64,000 nt of DNA from Ignavibacteriales bacterium (lineage in GTDB: Bacteria; Bacteroidota; Ignavibacteria; UBA10030; UBA6906). The translations under genes were made by a program, and so were the position numbers. The notes beneath the pieces were generated by a model that was not told the origin of the DNA, ran no database searches, and worked only from the letters and a program-made list of their open reading frames with translations. Shown here piece after piece: positions 20,616 through 30,875 of this stretch. How positions within the stretch are numbered: position 1 is the stretch's first letter; each line of letters opens with the position of its first letter. Where the stretch lies: the NCBI GenBank assembly GCA_037441705.1, contig JBBIRR010000001.1:276-64275 (forward strand), in the 5' to 3' direction.

Positions 20616-21365
20616 ATGTCGGATACAATCATCGGCCGGAAACCGATTCTTGAAGCCCTGAAGGCAGGCACGCCCATCGAGAAGATTGTGGCGCAGCAGG
20701 GGATTCATGGGCCTCTCATCGAAGAAATCCGCGCCGCCGCCGCAAGAAAGAACATTCCCCTCCTGGAACTTGACCACCAACAGTTTCGCAATCTCGCAGG
20801 AGACCAGAAGACGCAGGGTCTGGTGGCGATGCTGGCGCGTCCGTACACCTACGCCAGTCTTGATGCAATCCTTGCTCGCGCTGCTGAGCGCAACGAACCG
20901 CCGTTCGTTCTCATTCTCGATGAGATTGAGGACCCCCACAACCTCGGTGCGCTCATCCGCACGGCAGAATGTGCAGGCGCGCACGGCGCCATCGTTCCCA
21001 AACACCGCTCGGCCCCGATCAGCGCAACCGTCGTAAAAACCTCCGCCGGGGCAACCGCTCATCTCCCCATCGCCCTCGTCACCAACATTGTCACGACGAT
21101 CGAGGAGTTGAAGAAAGAACGACTGTGGATTACGGGGCTGGATGCGGAGGGCGAAAAGCTCTACTCGCAGGTGGATTACACGGGACCGATGGCATTAGTC
21201 GTGGGAAATGAAGGACGCGGGATCCGCCGGCTGGTGAAAGAGCATTGCGATTTCCGCGTGCGCATTCCCCTTCTCGGCAAGATTGCCTCACTCAACGCGT
21301 CCGTTGCGGGGGCCGTGGTGATGTACGAGGTGGTACGGCAGCGGCGCGGCGAGCACCAGCGTTAG
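20616..21365 (+). CDS. rlmB: 23S rRNA (guanosine-2'-O-)-methyltransferase RlmB (SpoU/TrmH family)
   Basis: N-terminal substrate-binding domain plus SPOUT methyltransferase motifs (VLILDEIEDPHNLGALIRTAECAGAHG, LVVGNEGRGI). Confidence 0.85.
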   Translation: MSDTIIGRKPILEALKAGTPIEKIVAQQGIHGPLIEEIRAAAARKNIPLLELDHQQFRNLAGDQKTQGLVAMLARPYTYASLDAILARAAERNEPPFVLILDEIEDPHNLGALIRTAECAGAHGAIVPKHRSAPISATVVKTSAGATAHLPIALVTNIVTTIEELKKERLWITGLDAEGEKLYSQVDYTGPMALVVGNEGRGIRRLVKEHCDFRVRIPLLGKIASLNASVAGAVVMYEVVRQRRGEHQR

Positions 21366-22729
21366 TCGTCTCGTGCATCCTCTCGCATCAAACCGAACTT
21401 CTTCATTTTGTTGTAGAGATGACTTCGCTGGATATCCAGCGCCTCGGCGGTCTTGCTGATGTTCCAGTGATGCTGGTCCAGCATCTTCTTGATGTACGCC
21501 GCCTCCGCGCGGTCCTTGAAATCTTGAAATGTTCCGCCAAGACTGAGCAGATCGTCGAACGCACTCTTGGTTCCCGGTGCGCGCTGCTCGATCTGTGCCG
21601 CCTCGATCGTCGTGGCCGGCGTCATGATCACCAATCGTTCGACGATGTTGCGCAGTTCGCGTACGTTGCCGGGCCAGTCCATCGCTTTCAATAGCTGCAG
21701 CGCGTCGTTCGAGAACCGCTTCTGCGGCATGCCATTGCGCTGGCAGACATCCTCGGCGAAAGCCGCAGCAAGCAGCGGAATGTCTTCACGTCGTTCACGC
21801 AGCGGCGGGACATGAATCGGAATCACGTTGAGCCGATGAAACAAATCTTCCCGGAAGCGTCCTTCCTTGATCATCTCGGGCAAGTTCTTGTTCGTCGCGG
21901 CGATCACCCGAACATCCACCGCAATCTGTCGCGTGCCGCCGACGCGTTCGATTTTTCCTTCCTCCAACGCACGCAAGACTTTCGCCTGCGCATTCAAGCT
22001 CATATCCCCAATCTCATCCAGAAAAATCGTCCCCCCATCGGCCTGCTCGAATTTGCCGATGCGCTGCGCCGTCGCGCCGGTGAATGACCCCTTCTCGTGA
22101 CCAAACAGCTCGGACTCGATCAGTTCGTTCGGGATCGCTGCACAATTCACCTCCACAAGAGGCTTGTCTTTCCGCCGGCTGAGGCGATGGATTGCCTTTG
22201 CGACCAATTCCTTCCCGACGCCATTCTCGCCGGTGATCAATACGCGGGCATCGGTGGGAGCCACGCGTTCGATGACGGCCAGAACATCCTTGATCTTCTG
22301 GCTTTCGCCGAGAATGGTTCCTTTCCCTTCAACTTTCTCCTTCATCCGTTTATTTTCGAGAAGGAGATGTTTTTTTTCGATGGCGTTACGAACAACGATG
22401 AGGAGCTTGTCACGATCGAGTGGTTTTTGAAGGAAGTCGAACGCTCCCATGCGCGTTGCCTCCACCGCGGTCTCGATTGTGCCGTGACCGGAGATCATGA
22501 CGACGGGCAGATCCGCTTCCAGCTCTTTGATGCGGCGAAGCACTTCCAGCCCATCCATTCCCGGCATCTTGATGTCGAGCAGAACGAGGTCCAAGGGAAG
22601 CGCGGCGACCTGCGCGAGGGCACCGGGTCCATCCTCGGCAAAATGGACGTCGTACTTGGCATACTGGAGAATCAGCCGAAGCGAATCGCGAATCTCTTTC
22701 TCATCATCAACCACAAGAATAGACTTCAT
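21362..22729 (-). CDS. sigma-54-dependent response regulator (receiver + AAA+ sigma-54 activator + Fis-type HTH)
   Basis: Receiver domain (D-box), GAFTGA and Walker motifs in the AAA+ domain, C-terminal HTH. Confidence 0.9.
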   Translation of the reverse strand: MKSILVVDDEKEIRDSLRLILQYAKYDVHFAEDGPGALAQVAALPLDLVLLDIKMPGMDGLEVLRRIKELEADLPVVMISGHGTIETAVEATRMGAFDFLQKPLDRDKLLIVVRNAIEKKHLLLENKRMKEKVEGKGTILGESQKIKDVLAVIERVAPTDARVLITGENGVGKELVAKAIHRLSRRKDKPLVEVNCAAIPNELIESELFGHEKGSFTGATAQRIGKFEQADGGTIFLDEIGDMSLNAQAKVLRALEEGKIERVGGTRQIAVDVRVIAATNKNLPEMIKEGRFREDLFHRLNVIPIHVPPLRERREDIPLLAAAFAEDVCQRNGMPQKRFSNDALQLLKAMDWPGNVRELRNIVERLVIMTPATTIEAAQIEQRAPGTKSAFDDLLSLGGTFQDFKDRAEAAYIKKMLDQHHWNISKTAEALDIQRSHLYNKMKKFGLMREDARDD

Positions 22730-23499
22730 CGCATCTCCCGGCAGTGAAAAAAGCCACAGGGCACAGCATCCTGTTCCTGGGCGAGCGTATCGCGCTCTGC
22801 AAGAACGAATTGCAGGAAAGAAGAAGGAACGGCACGCTTATCCTCCAGAAGCCGCAGAGCAAACTCCTGGCCATGCCTGTTCGCTCGAACGTCTCGCTCA
22901 TCCAACGCGCCATCCACAATGATCTTATCCTCTCCCCACTCAATGAACTCGCCAATCCGTTCAGCGGCGTCACGAGATTCGAACAGGTACGTAATGAACG
23001 CGGAGCCGAAGAAATGTTGGAGCTTATCGCGATCGCCGACGCCGCCCGACGGCGAATCTTCGTAGAGCCGGCGCGGCAACGCCGCGACCCGGCGGTCGAA
23101 GTCTTCCGGAAACTCCGCCGTCAGCGGTACCCACACAATCGGGCCGAGGAGCGGTACTTTGATGCCGAACCTTCGGTGATCCATCGTGGCAAGCAGTGAG
23201 ATAAACAGAGCTTCGTACACGTTATTCCAACTCAGCCGCATCGCTTCCGCAAAAAGGGCATCAACGGCATACCGATCGCCCCGACATGACCGTATCGCCG
23301 CAAACTCCTCACTGCAGATGAAGTCTCGCAGGCGGAAGTCATCCTGCGCCACTTTCGGGAGAACGAAGGGCGCGAGGAAACTTGCAAACTCGGTGATGCT
23401 GTCGCAGAAGTCCGGCGCCCTCGACTCCATCTGTGCAGTCGCGGGAAGCGCCAGCACGACCCCCAGTGCCACTCCCGCAGCGTTCATTCGTGCGACCAT
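22726..23499 (-). CDS. secreted hypothetical protein co-transcribed with the sigma-54 regulator
   Basis: Signal peptide (…LALPATAQ). Stop overlaps the regulator start by 4 nt. Confidence 0.5.
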   Translation of the reverse strand: MVARMNAAGVALGVVLALPATAQMESRAPDFCDSITEFASFLAPFVLPKVAQDDFRLRDFICSEEFAAIRSCRGDRYAVDALFAEAMRLSWNNVYEALFISLLATMDHRRFGIKVPLLGPIVWVPLTAEFPEDFDRRVAALPRRLYEDSPSGGVGDRDKLQHFFGSAFITYLFESRDAAERIGEFIEWGEDKIIVDGALDERDVRANRHGQEFALRLLEDKRAVPSSFLQFVLAERDTLAQEQDAVPCGFFHCREMR

Positions 23500-23506
23500 C
23501 AGGCGT

Positions 23507-25162
23507 TCACGTCTGTATCACACCTGGATTGAATTGCGGGATGTTCGGGTTATGTGCCGCCATCGCGATGCCGGTCGAAACAACGGTGCGCGTCTCCACC
23601 GGGTCGATGATGCCATCCACCCACAATCGTGCAGCCGCGAAGTACGGGTCGGTTTCTTTTTCGTAGCGCTGCTGAATTTCGGCAAGCAGGGCTTGCTGTT
23701 CCTCTTGCGAGATGTGTTTGCCGCCTTTCTCCATCTGCTGCAGTTTGATGCTGAGAAGCGTTTCGCTGGCTTGCTTTCCCCCCATGACGGCAATACTGGC
23801 CGTAGGCCACGCGAAGATCAGGCGCGGGTCGTACGCTTTGCCGCACATCGCATAGTTGCCGGCACCGTAGCTGTTGCCGACCATAAAGGTGAACTTCGGC
23901 ACGACGCTGTTGGCAACGGCATTGACCATCTTCGCTCCATCCTTGATGATGCCGCCGTGTTCGGCGCGGCTGCCGACCATGAACCCGGTGACGTCCTGAA
24001 AGAAGACGAGCGGGATACGCTTCTGGTTACAATTCATGATGAAGCGTGTCGCTTTGTCGGCGCTGTCGCTGTAGATGACGCCGCCGACTTGCATCTCACC
24101 TTTTGCCGTCTTCACCACCGCGCGCTGATTGGCGACGATCCCCACCGCCCAACCGTCAATGCGGGCGTAGCCGGTGATGATCGTCTTGCCGTAGCCGGCC
24201 TTGTACTCATCCAGCTCACTGCCGTCGATGATGCGCGCAAGGATTTCGTACATCTCGTACGGTTTGGTTCGATCGGCCGGCATCAAACCGTAAATCTCTT
24301 CCGGAGGAAATTTCGGCGGCACAGGCTCGATGCGGTCGAACGGCGCTTGCGGACGATGGCCTAACTTGCTGATGATGCTGCGAATGGTTCGGAGGCACTC
24401 GTCGTCATTCGCCATTTTGTAGTCGGTGACGCCGCTGATCTCGCAGTGGACGGTTGCCCCGCCCAACTGCTCGTTGTCAATTTCTTCACCGATGGCTGCC
24501 TTGACCAGGTGTGCGCCTGCGAGGAACACACTTCCCGTCTTGTCTACGATCATGGCCTCATCGCTCATGATGGGCAGGTACGCGCCCCCCGCAACGCACG
24601 GCCCCATGATGGCGGCGATCTGCGGAATACCCATCGAGGACATGACGGCATTGTTGCGGAAGATGCGCCCGAAATGTTCTTTGTCGGGAAAGATCTCGCT
24701 CTGCAGCGGAAGAAAAACGCCCGCCGAGTCAACCAAATACACGATGGGCAGCCTGTTCTCCATGCTGATTTCCTGCGCGCGGAGATTCTTCTTCGCGGTG
24801 ATGGGAAACCACGCTCCAGCCTTCACGGTGGCATCGTTCGCAACAATCACGACGTCGCGGCCATGAATTTTTCCGATGCCGAAGATCGTACCCGACGCCG
24901 GGGCTCCGCCGTATTCTTCATACATTTCGTACGCGGCAAACAAGCCGATTTCGAGAAAGCGGCTGCCGGGATCGATCAGCTTCGCGATTCGTTCGCGAGC
25001 GGAGAGCTTCCCTTTTTGATGGAGTTTCTCGATCGCCGCCGTGCCGCCTCCCAACGCTATCTTTTCCGTCCGCTCTCGCAGTTGAGCAAGAAGGGTGCGC
25101 AGGTTCTCCTCGTTTTTCTGAAACGCCGGTGTTGGTTTAATCGCCGAACCGATGACAGGCAT
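23507..25162 (-). CDS. acyl-CoA carboxylase carboxyltransferase (beta) subunit, methylcrotonyl-/propionyl-CoA carboxylase beta-like
   Basis: Two crotonase-like carboxyltransferase halves, ~550 aa. ORF-track ORF is N-terminally over-extended; start set at MPVIG. Confidence 0.85.
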   Translation of the reverse strand: MPVIGSAIKPTPAFQKNEENLRTLLAQLRERTEKIALGGGTAAIEKLHQKGKLSARERIAKLIDPGSRFLEIGLFAAYEMYEEYGGAPASGTIFGIGKIHGRDVVIVANDATVKAGAWFPITAKKNLRAQEISMENRLPIVYLVDSAGVFLPLQSEIFPDKEHFGRIFRNNAVMSSMGIPQIAAIMGPCVAGGAYLPIMSDEAMIVDKTGSVFLAGAHLVKAAIGEEIDNEQLGGATVHCEISGVTDYKMANDDECLRTIRSIISKLGHRPQAPFDRIEPVPPKFPPEEIYGLMPADRTKPYEMYEILARIIDGSELDEYKAGYGKTIITGYARIDGWAVGIVANQRAVVKTAKGEMQVGGVIYSDSADKATRFIMNCNQKRIPLVFFQDVTGFMVGSRAEHGGIIKDGAKMVNAVANSVVPKFTFMVGNSYGAGNYAMCGKAYDPRLIFAWPTASIAVMGGKQASETLLSIKLQQMEKGGKHISQEEQQALLAEIQQRYEKETDPYFAAARLWVDGIIDPVETRTVVSTGIAMAAHNPNIPQFNPGVIQT

Positions 25163-25206
25163 GAGAGTGTTCTGACAGTGAAATGATTGTGGAATGGTCG
25201 GGGACC

Positions 25207-26373
25207 TTACGCCAGGATTTGTCGCGCAATCACCATCTTCTGCACCTCCGACGTGCCTTCGCCAATGGTCATCAGCTTCACGTCGCGGTAGAGCTTCTCG
25301 ACGGGAAATTCTTTGATGAAGCCGTAGCCGCCGTGGATTTGCACAGCCTCGTTCGTTGCCCGCACGGCAGCCTCGCTGGCAAAGAGTTTTGCCTGCGAGA
25401 CGGCAAGCGTGAAGTTCATCCCTTTCGTTGCCAGCCACGCCGCGCGCTGGGTGAGCAGGCGAGCCGCGTTGATCTCCGTCGCCATATCGGCAAGCTTCCA
25501 CTGAATCGCCTGAAATTCCGCAAGCGGTTTGCCAAACTGCACACGCTGCTTCGCGTACTTGATGCTTGCATCAAGCGCGCCTTGCGCAATGCCGACCGAA
25601 AGTGCTGCGATGCCGATGCGTCCGCCATCCAGGACGGCGAGCGCCTGCTTGAAGCCCTCTCCCTCTCTGCCGATCAGATTCTCGCCGGGGATGCGAACGT
25701 TCTCAAACAGCAGCGTCGCTGTATCGCTGCACCGCATGCCGAGTTTGTTCTCTTTCTTGCCGATCGTAAATCCTTTCATCCCGCGTTCGAGGATAAACGC
25801 AGAGATACCGTGCTTGCCTTTTGCCCGATCGGTAACGGCCATAACGACGTAGGTTCCGCCCACCGAACCCTGCGTGATGAAAGTTTTGCTGCCGTTGAGG
25901 ATCCAATCCTTCCCGTCGCGCGTTGCGACGGTTTTCATGCTTCCCGAATCGCTGCCCGAGCCGGGTTCGGTCAGGCACCACGCGCCAAGCTTGCGACCCG
26001 AGGCAAGATCCGGCACGTACTTCTTCTTCTGTTCGTCGCTGGCGAACTTCATGATGTGCCCCGTGCAGAGGCTGTTGTGCGAGGCAATGGTCAGCGCGAC
26101 AGACGGATCCACCTTTGCCACTTCTTCGATGATGATGATGGCTTCCAGCTCGGTGAGGCCTGCTCCGCCCAGCTCTTCGGGCCAGGTAATGCCCATGAAG
26201 CCAAGCGCGGCAGCCTTCTGAACGATCTCAAACGGAAACTCCTGCGACTCGTCATACTTCATCACGTGGGGACGAATTTCCTCTTCAGCGAATTTCCGCG
26301 CAAGCTCCTGTACGGCGCGCTGGCTTTCGTTGAGCGTGAAATCCAGTCCGGCAGCGGTTGTTGTCTCTTCCAT
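25207..26373 (-). CDS. acyl-CoA dehydrogenase (isovaleryl/short-branched-chain type)
   Basis: ACAD N-, middle- and C-domains with catalytic Glu context (…YRDVKLMTIGEGTSEVQ). Confidence 0.85.
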   Translation of the reverse strand: MEETTTAAGLDFTLNESQRAVQELARKFAEEEIRPHVMKYDESQEFPFEIVQKAAALGFMGITWPEELGGAGLTELEAIIIIEEVAKVDPSVALTIASHNSLCTGHIMKFASDEQKKKYVPDLASGRKLGAWCLTEPGSGSDSGSMKTVATRDGKDWILNGSKTFITQGSVGGTYVVMAVTDRAKGKHGISAFILERGMKGFTIGKKENKLGMRCSDTATLLFENVRIPGENLIGREGEGFKQALAVLDGGRIGIAALSVGIAQGALDASIKYAKQRVQFGKPLAEFQAIQWKLADMATEINAARLLTQRAAWLATKGMNFTLAVSQAKLFASEAAVRATNEAVQIHGGYGFIKEFPVEKLYRDVKLMTIGEGTSEVQKMVIARQILA

Positions 26374-26381
26374 GGTAGCTC

Positions 26382-27332
26382 CTACTGGATGCGAAAGTTG
26401 GTAATCAGTTCAAGTGCAAGATCGTATGGGGTCGAGTGCTGGGACATGACGGCGTTCATCCGCGTGCGCAAGATCTCCTTGCGGTCGTCGCTCCAGAAAT
26501 CGGTGCGCAGCTTGTCGGCCACCAGCTCCTGGATGCGGCGTTCGATCCGCGCGCGGCGTTTTTCCATCAACAGGCCGCTGCGTTCCAGATACGCGCGATG
26601 GTCGGCAATCCTCGCTGCCACCTCTTCGATGCCCTTTCCTTCGCTTGCAACGGTCTTCACGACATCGGCATTCCATGCACTCGCGGGTTTGAAATGCAGA
26701 ATCATCTTAATGGACATGACGGCCTGCTCTGCGCCTGCGCGATCGGCCTTGTTCAGCACAAAGAAATCCGCAATTTCCATCAAACCCGCCTTCATCGCCT
26801 GAATGGAGTCGCCCGACTCGGGAACGAGGACGACGACCGTCGTATCGGCTGCGCCTGCAATGTCCAGCTCCGATTGACCGACGCCGACGGTTTCAAGAAT
26901 CACGATGTCCTTCCCTGCAGCGTCGAGCACATCGGCGGCTTCAATGGCTTTCTTGCTGAGGCCGCCGAGGCTGCCGCGTGAGGCCATGCTGCGAATGAAC
27001 ACTCCCTCATCCAACTCTACATCGGTCATGCGCACGCGATCGCCCAGGAGTGCTCCTCCCGTAAACGGGCTTGTTGGGTCCACAGCAATGATGCCGACGG
27101 CACGCTGCTGCTTGCGGTAAAGCAGGGCGAGCTTGTTCGTCAGCGTACTCTTACCCGCTCCCGGCGGTCCGGTGATGCCGATGCGATACGCGCGTCCGGT
27201 CCTTGCATACACGGCGCGCAGGAAATCTTCCGAGCCATCAAGCTCGTTCTCGACAAGGCTGATGGCGCGCGAGATCGCCAGGCGGTCGCCGGCAAACAAC
27301 CGATCCAGATCAATCGCAGGCTTAGCGCCCAT
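26382..27332 (-). CDS. meaB: methylmalonyl-CoA mutase-associated GTPase MeaB/ArgK
   Basis: P-loop GPPGAGKST plus G-domain motifs of the SIMIBI-class MeaB. Start moved to MGAKP. Confidence 0.8.
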   Translation of the reverse strand: MGAKPAIDLDRLFAGDRLAISRAISLVENELDGSEDFLRAVYARTGRAYRIGITGPPGAGKSTLTNKLALLYRKQQRAVGIIAVDPTSPFTGGALLGDRVRMTDVELDEGVFIRSMASRGSLGGLSKKAIEAADVLDAAGKDIVILETVGVGQSELDIAGAADTTVVVLVPESGDSIQAMKAGLMEIADFFVLNKADRAGAEQAVMSIKMILHFKPASAWNADVVKTVASEGKGIEEVAARIADHRAYLERSGLLMEKRRARIERRIQELVADKLRTDFWSDDRKEILRTRMNAVMSQHSTPYDLALELITNFRIQ

Positions 27333-28257
27333 AGCCTTCCGCCGTTCTGAAATACTCCACCGTCTGGCGCAGGCCTTCCTCGATGGACACCATCGGCCGC
27401 CATCCCAAGACGGTCTCGATCTTCTTTGACGAAAGGACACTCCTGCGCTGCTCGCCCTTCTTCGCAGGCCCGTGTCGTTCTTCGGCCGATGACCCCGTTG
27501 CGGCTTTGAGATACATAAACAGTTGGTTCACGTCCGTTTCGATTCCTGTACCGATATTGAACACGTGCGAGCCGGGACAGTTCAACGCGAGGACGTTGGC
27601 CCGTACGACGTCGCTCACGTACACGTAATCGCGCGTTTGCAGGCCGTCGCCGTTGATAACGGGCTGGCGCTGCGAGAGGAAGCGCGTCGCAAAGATGGCG
27701 ACAACGCCGGCTTCGCCCTCAGGATTCTGGCGCGGTCCGTAGATGTTCGCGTAGCGCAAGCTGACAGAATCAATCCCATGCACGTACCGGTAGTAGAAAA
27801 GATACTGTTCTGTCGTCAGCTTGGCAACGCCGTAGGGGGAGATGGGGCGTGTCGGATGCGATTCGTCGGCGGGAAAGTAGTCCTGCTCGCCATAGATTGC
27901 TCCACCGCTGGAGGCGAACACCACGCGCCGCACGCCGGTCCTGACGCAGCACTCGAGCAGCGTCAGCGCACCGAGGATATTCACGGAAGCGTCGTACACC
28001 GGATCTTCGACCGAGCGTCGGACGTCCATTTGTGCGGCGTGATGATTGAGAAAATCGAAGCGTTCGCGCTCGAAGATGCGCTGCATTGCGGCGGCATCGC
28101 GGATATCCGCCTCATAAAATGTTGCCGCCGGGTTGATGTTAATCCGTCTCCCCGTTGAGAGATTGTCAATAATTGCCACCCGATGTCCAAGTCTGATATA
28201 CTCATCGACAACATGTGAACCGATAAAGCCCGCGCCCCCCGTTACAAGGATGTTCAC
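27322..28257 (-). CDS. NAD-dependent sugar epimerase/dehydratase (GalE/UXS-like SDR)
   Basis: GGAGFIGSH Rossmann motif and YxxxK catalytic motif region. Confidence 0.85.
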   Translation of the reverse strand: MNILVTGGAGFIGSHVVDEYIRLGHRVAIIDNLSTGRRININPAATFYEADIRDAAAMQRIFERERFDFLNHHAAQMDVRRSVEDPVYDASVNILGALTLLECCVRTGVRRVVFASSGGAIYGEQDYFPADESHPTRPISPYGVAKLTTEQYLFYYRYVHGIDSVSLRYANIYGPRQNPEGEAGVVAIFATRFLSQRQPVINGDGLQTRDYVYVSDVVRANVLALNCPGSHVFNIGTGIETDVNQLFMYLKAATGSSAEERHGPAKKGEQRRSVLSSKKIETVLGWRPMVSIEEGLRQTVEYFRTAEGYGR

Positions 28258-28269
28258 GCAATACCCCTT

Positions 28270-29592
28270 CTATAGTTTTCCCGAAAAGAACTGCCAGGCC
28301 GTATAGCCATAGACCATGGCGACCGCCGTCATCCACGAGCCGACCCAGCGTCGGTGCCGAGGAATGTGGAGAAATTCTCTGCGTGCTTGTGTGTCCATCA
28401 GCAAGGCACCGCCTGCGCCCGCCAACAAGGCGATAAACGGAACGACGGGCAGCCGATATCGTGCCTCGACATGCATCAACACGTGCACTGCACTGAAGAA
28501 GAGAATTGCGACAAACCAGCCCGATACCTTGTGCCGAGCTTTGCCAAGCGCCAGGACGCCCAACCCGGCTAACACATACAATCCAATATCGCCTGCAACG
28601 CACACGGCTTGAACTGCAACTGCGGTATCGGAGTGTGCAATGGGATACACGGCGTACATATACAGCTTTTTGATTGTAAGATTCAATGCATCCATCGGAT
28701 GGTCGGCAACGTACGCGAGCGCGAGGTCTCGGCCGAGTGCGCTGCGTTCTATTTCATTGGTTTCCGCCAGTCGAATGCCGCGGTGCTCGGCTTCCTTCTT
28801 CACCCACTCTTCAAATCCCGGTTTCGAACTCCAGGTGCCGGTCGAATACGGGTTATTACCCAAAAGCAGCGAGATGCCGCCCCATGAGGAAACCGGAACA
28901 AACGTGCCGTGCAGAGTGTAGTTGCGAAAAGTCCACGGGGCGAGTACGGCGCACCACATGAGAGTCGCCGCTCCAAGTGTCACCGCAGAATCCCGCAACG
29001 TATGTTTGCCCTTCAGCCACAACATCACCAGCATCACCGGAAAGAATCCGAAGAATACTGCACGCGTCAGCGCTGCAAGTCCCGCAAACAGACCGAGCAG
29101 CAGTCCGTGACGCCATGACGCTTGCTTCTGGGCTCGATCCCACCACAGAAACGCCGAGAGAAGAAGAACGATGTACAGCGTCTCCGTCTGCAGGATGGCG
29201 GCGTAGATGATCAAGCCGGGATACAATGCCATCATTGCGGCACCCGCAAGCGCAACGCGCCGGTCGCCGGTCGCTTCGATGGCCAGAACGAATCCGAGCA
29301 ACACTGCCAGCACGCCAGCCAGAGCGTTCAGCAGGTGCGGAACGAACACTCCTTCGCCGAACAGCTTGAACATGCCCGCGAGCAGCAACGGCCACAACGG
29401 CGCCTTCGTCGAACGTTCTCCGTTCGAATCAATGAACGGACCGCCGTGAGCAACCTTCACGGCGAGGGCGATGTACTCCTTTTCATCGGAGGTGTAGCCC
29501 TGTGCATGCAGCGGAGCGATGACGCTCAGGCGAAGAACGAATGCGACGAACGCAATCAAGAGAATGTCGCGATGCGGGCCGATCCACCGCAT
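28270..29592 (-). CDS. GT-C family membrane glycosyltransferase (ArnT / dolichyl-phosphate-mannose protein mannosyltransferase-like, GT39/83)
   Basis: ~11 predicted TM helices with an N-terminal DE motif loop (YTSDEKEY), typical of PMT_2/ArnT-like enzymes. Confidence 0.75.
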   Translation of the reverse strand: MRWIGPHRDILLIAFVAFVLRLSVIAPLHAQGYTSDEKEYIALAVKVAHGGPFIDSNGERSTKAPLWPLLLAGMFKLFGEGVFVPHLLNALAGVLAVLLGFVLAIEATGDRRVALAGAAMMALYPGLIIYAAILQTETLYIVLLLSAFLWWDRAQKQASWRHGLLLGLFAGLAALTRAVFFGFFPVMLVMLWLKGKHTLRDSAVTLGAATLMWCAVLAPWTFRNYTLHGTFVPVSSWGGISLLLGNNPYSTGTWSSKPGFEEWVKKEAEHRGIRLAETNEIERSALGRDLALAYVADHPMDALNLTIKKLYMYAVYPIAHSDTAVAVQAVCVAGDIGLYVLAGLGVLALGKARHKVSGWFVAILFFSAVHVLMHVEARYRLPVVPFIALLAGAGGALLMDTQARREFLHIPRHRRWVGSWMTAVAMVYGYTAWQFFSGKL

Positions 29593-30875
29593 CAGTGCAC
29601 GAATGCTTTTCGTCCGATGTCGCGCCGGTAGTGCATGCCCGCGAACGAGACATGGCGAACGGCGTCGTAGGCATCGGCAATTGCTTCCGCCAACCCCGGC
29701 TTGATGGCGGTGATGCCGAGAACTCTTCCTCCGGCAGTAACGAGAACCCCGTTGGCTATTCTCGTTCCCGCGTGAAAGACGAGCACGTTGTTCATCGCTT
29801 CCAGCTCATCAAGACCGTTGATTTCCATTCCCGTCGTGTATTCATCGGGATATCCGCCCGAAGCAAGAACCACGCAGACGGCGGACCGAGGCACCGGCGC
29901 ACTTCGCCCGCGTGCCCGTAGGTCTCGGATTCTGCCCGTGCACGCCGCTTCGAGCAGTTCGACAAAATCGTCCTCGTACAACGGAAGCACAACCTGCGTT
30001 TCGGGATCGCCGAAGCGGCAGTTGTATTCCACGACCTTTGGCCCGGTCGCGGTGATCATCAACCCAACATACAAACAGCCTTTGTACGGCCTTCCTTCTT
30101 CGGCCATTCCTCGAAGCGTTGGCTTGATGATCTGTTCATGCACGGTCTCGAGAATGTCCTCGGTGACGATAGGTGCCGGGGCGTATGCGCCCATGCCGCC
30201 GGTGTTCTTACCTTTATCGCCATCGAACACGCGCTTGTGGTCCTGCGCCGGCGCCAGCGTTACAAACTCTTCTCCATCACTGATCGCGAAGACCGACGCC
30301 TCTTCACCCTCGAGGTACTCCTCGATCACGATGCGATCGCTTGCCGGACCGAACTGACGCTGCATAGCGTCGAGTGCGGCTGCGGCTTCGGAAGGATCAT
30401 GACAAATGAGCACACCTTTTCCGGCCGCAAGACCGTCGGCCTTCAGGACAACCGGCTTGGGACACACCTCAATGTAGACTCGGGCATCTTCCACTTGCGT
30501 TCGGTCGAACGTGCGGAACTGCGCTGTGGGGATGCCGTGACGCTGCATGAACGCCTTCGCAAATGCTTTGCTCCACTCCAATTCGGCTGCGCGCGCAGTC
30601 GGCCCGAAAATCTTCAGCCCGTTGGCTTCAAACAGATCCACGATACCATCGGCCAGCGGTTGCTCGGGACCAACAACGGTCAGATCGATCTTTTCATTCT
30701 TCGCAAACTCGACCACCTGGTCCAGCGCCGTGGCCTTCATCGGCACGCATTCGGCAACTTCCTCGATGCCCGGATTGCCCGGCGCGCAATAGAGCTTCGT
30801 CACGCGCGCGCTTTGGCCGATCTTCCATACCAGCGCGTGCTCACGTCCGCCTGAACCGATGACCAGAATCTTCAT
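29592..30875 (-). CDS. purD: phosphoribosylamine--glycine ligase
   Basis: ATP-grasp PurD full-length similarity (MKILVIGSGGREHAL…). Confidence 0.9.
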   Translation of the reverse strand: MKILVIGSGGREHALVWKIGQSARVTKLYCAPGNPGIEEVAECVPMKATALDQVVEFAKNEKIDLTVVGPEQPLADGIVDLFEANGLKIFGPTARAAELEWSKAFAKAFMQRHGIPTAQFRTFDRTQVEDARVYIEVCPKPVVLKADGLAAGKGVLICHDPSEAAAALDAMQRQFGPASDRIVIEEYLEGEEASVFAISDGEEFVTLAPAQDHKRVFDGDKGKNTGGMGAYAPAPIVTEDILETVHEQIIKPTLRGMAEEGRPYKGCLYVGLMITATGPKVVEYNCRFGDPETQVVLPLYEDDFVELLEAACTGRIRDLRARGRSAPVPRSAVCVVLASGGYPDEYTTGMEINGLDELEAMNNVLVFHAGTRIANGVLVTAGGRVLGITAIKPGLAEAIADAYDAVRHVSFAGMHYRRDIGRKAFVH

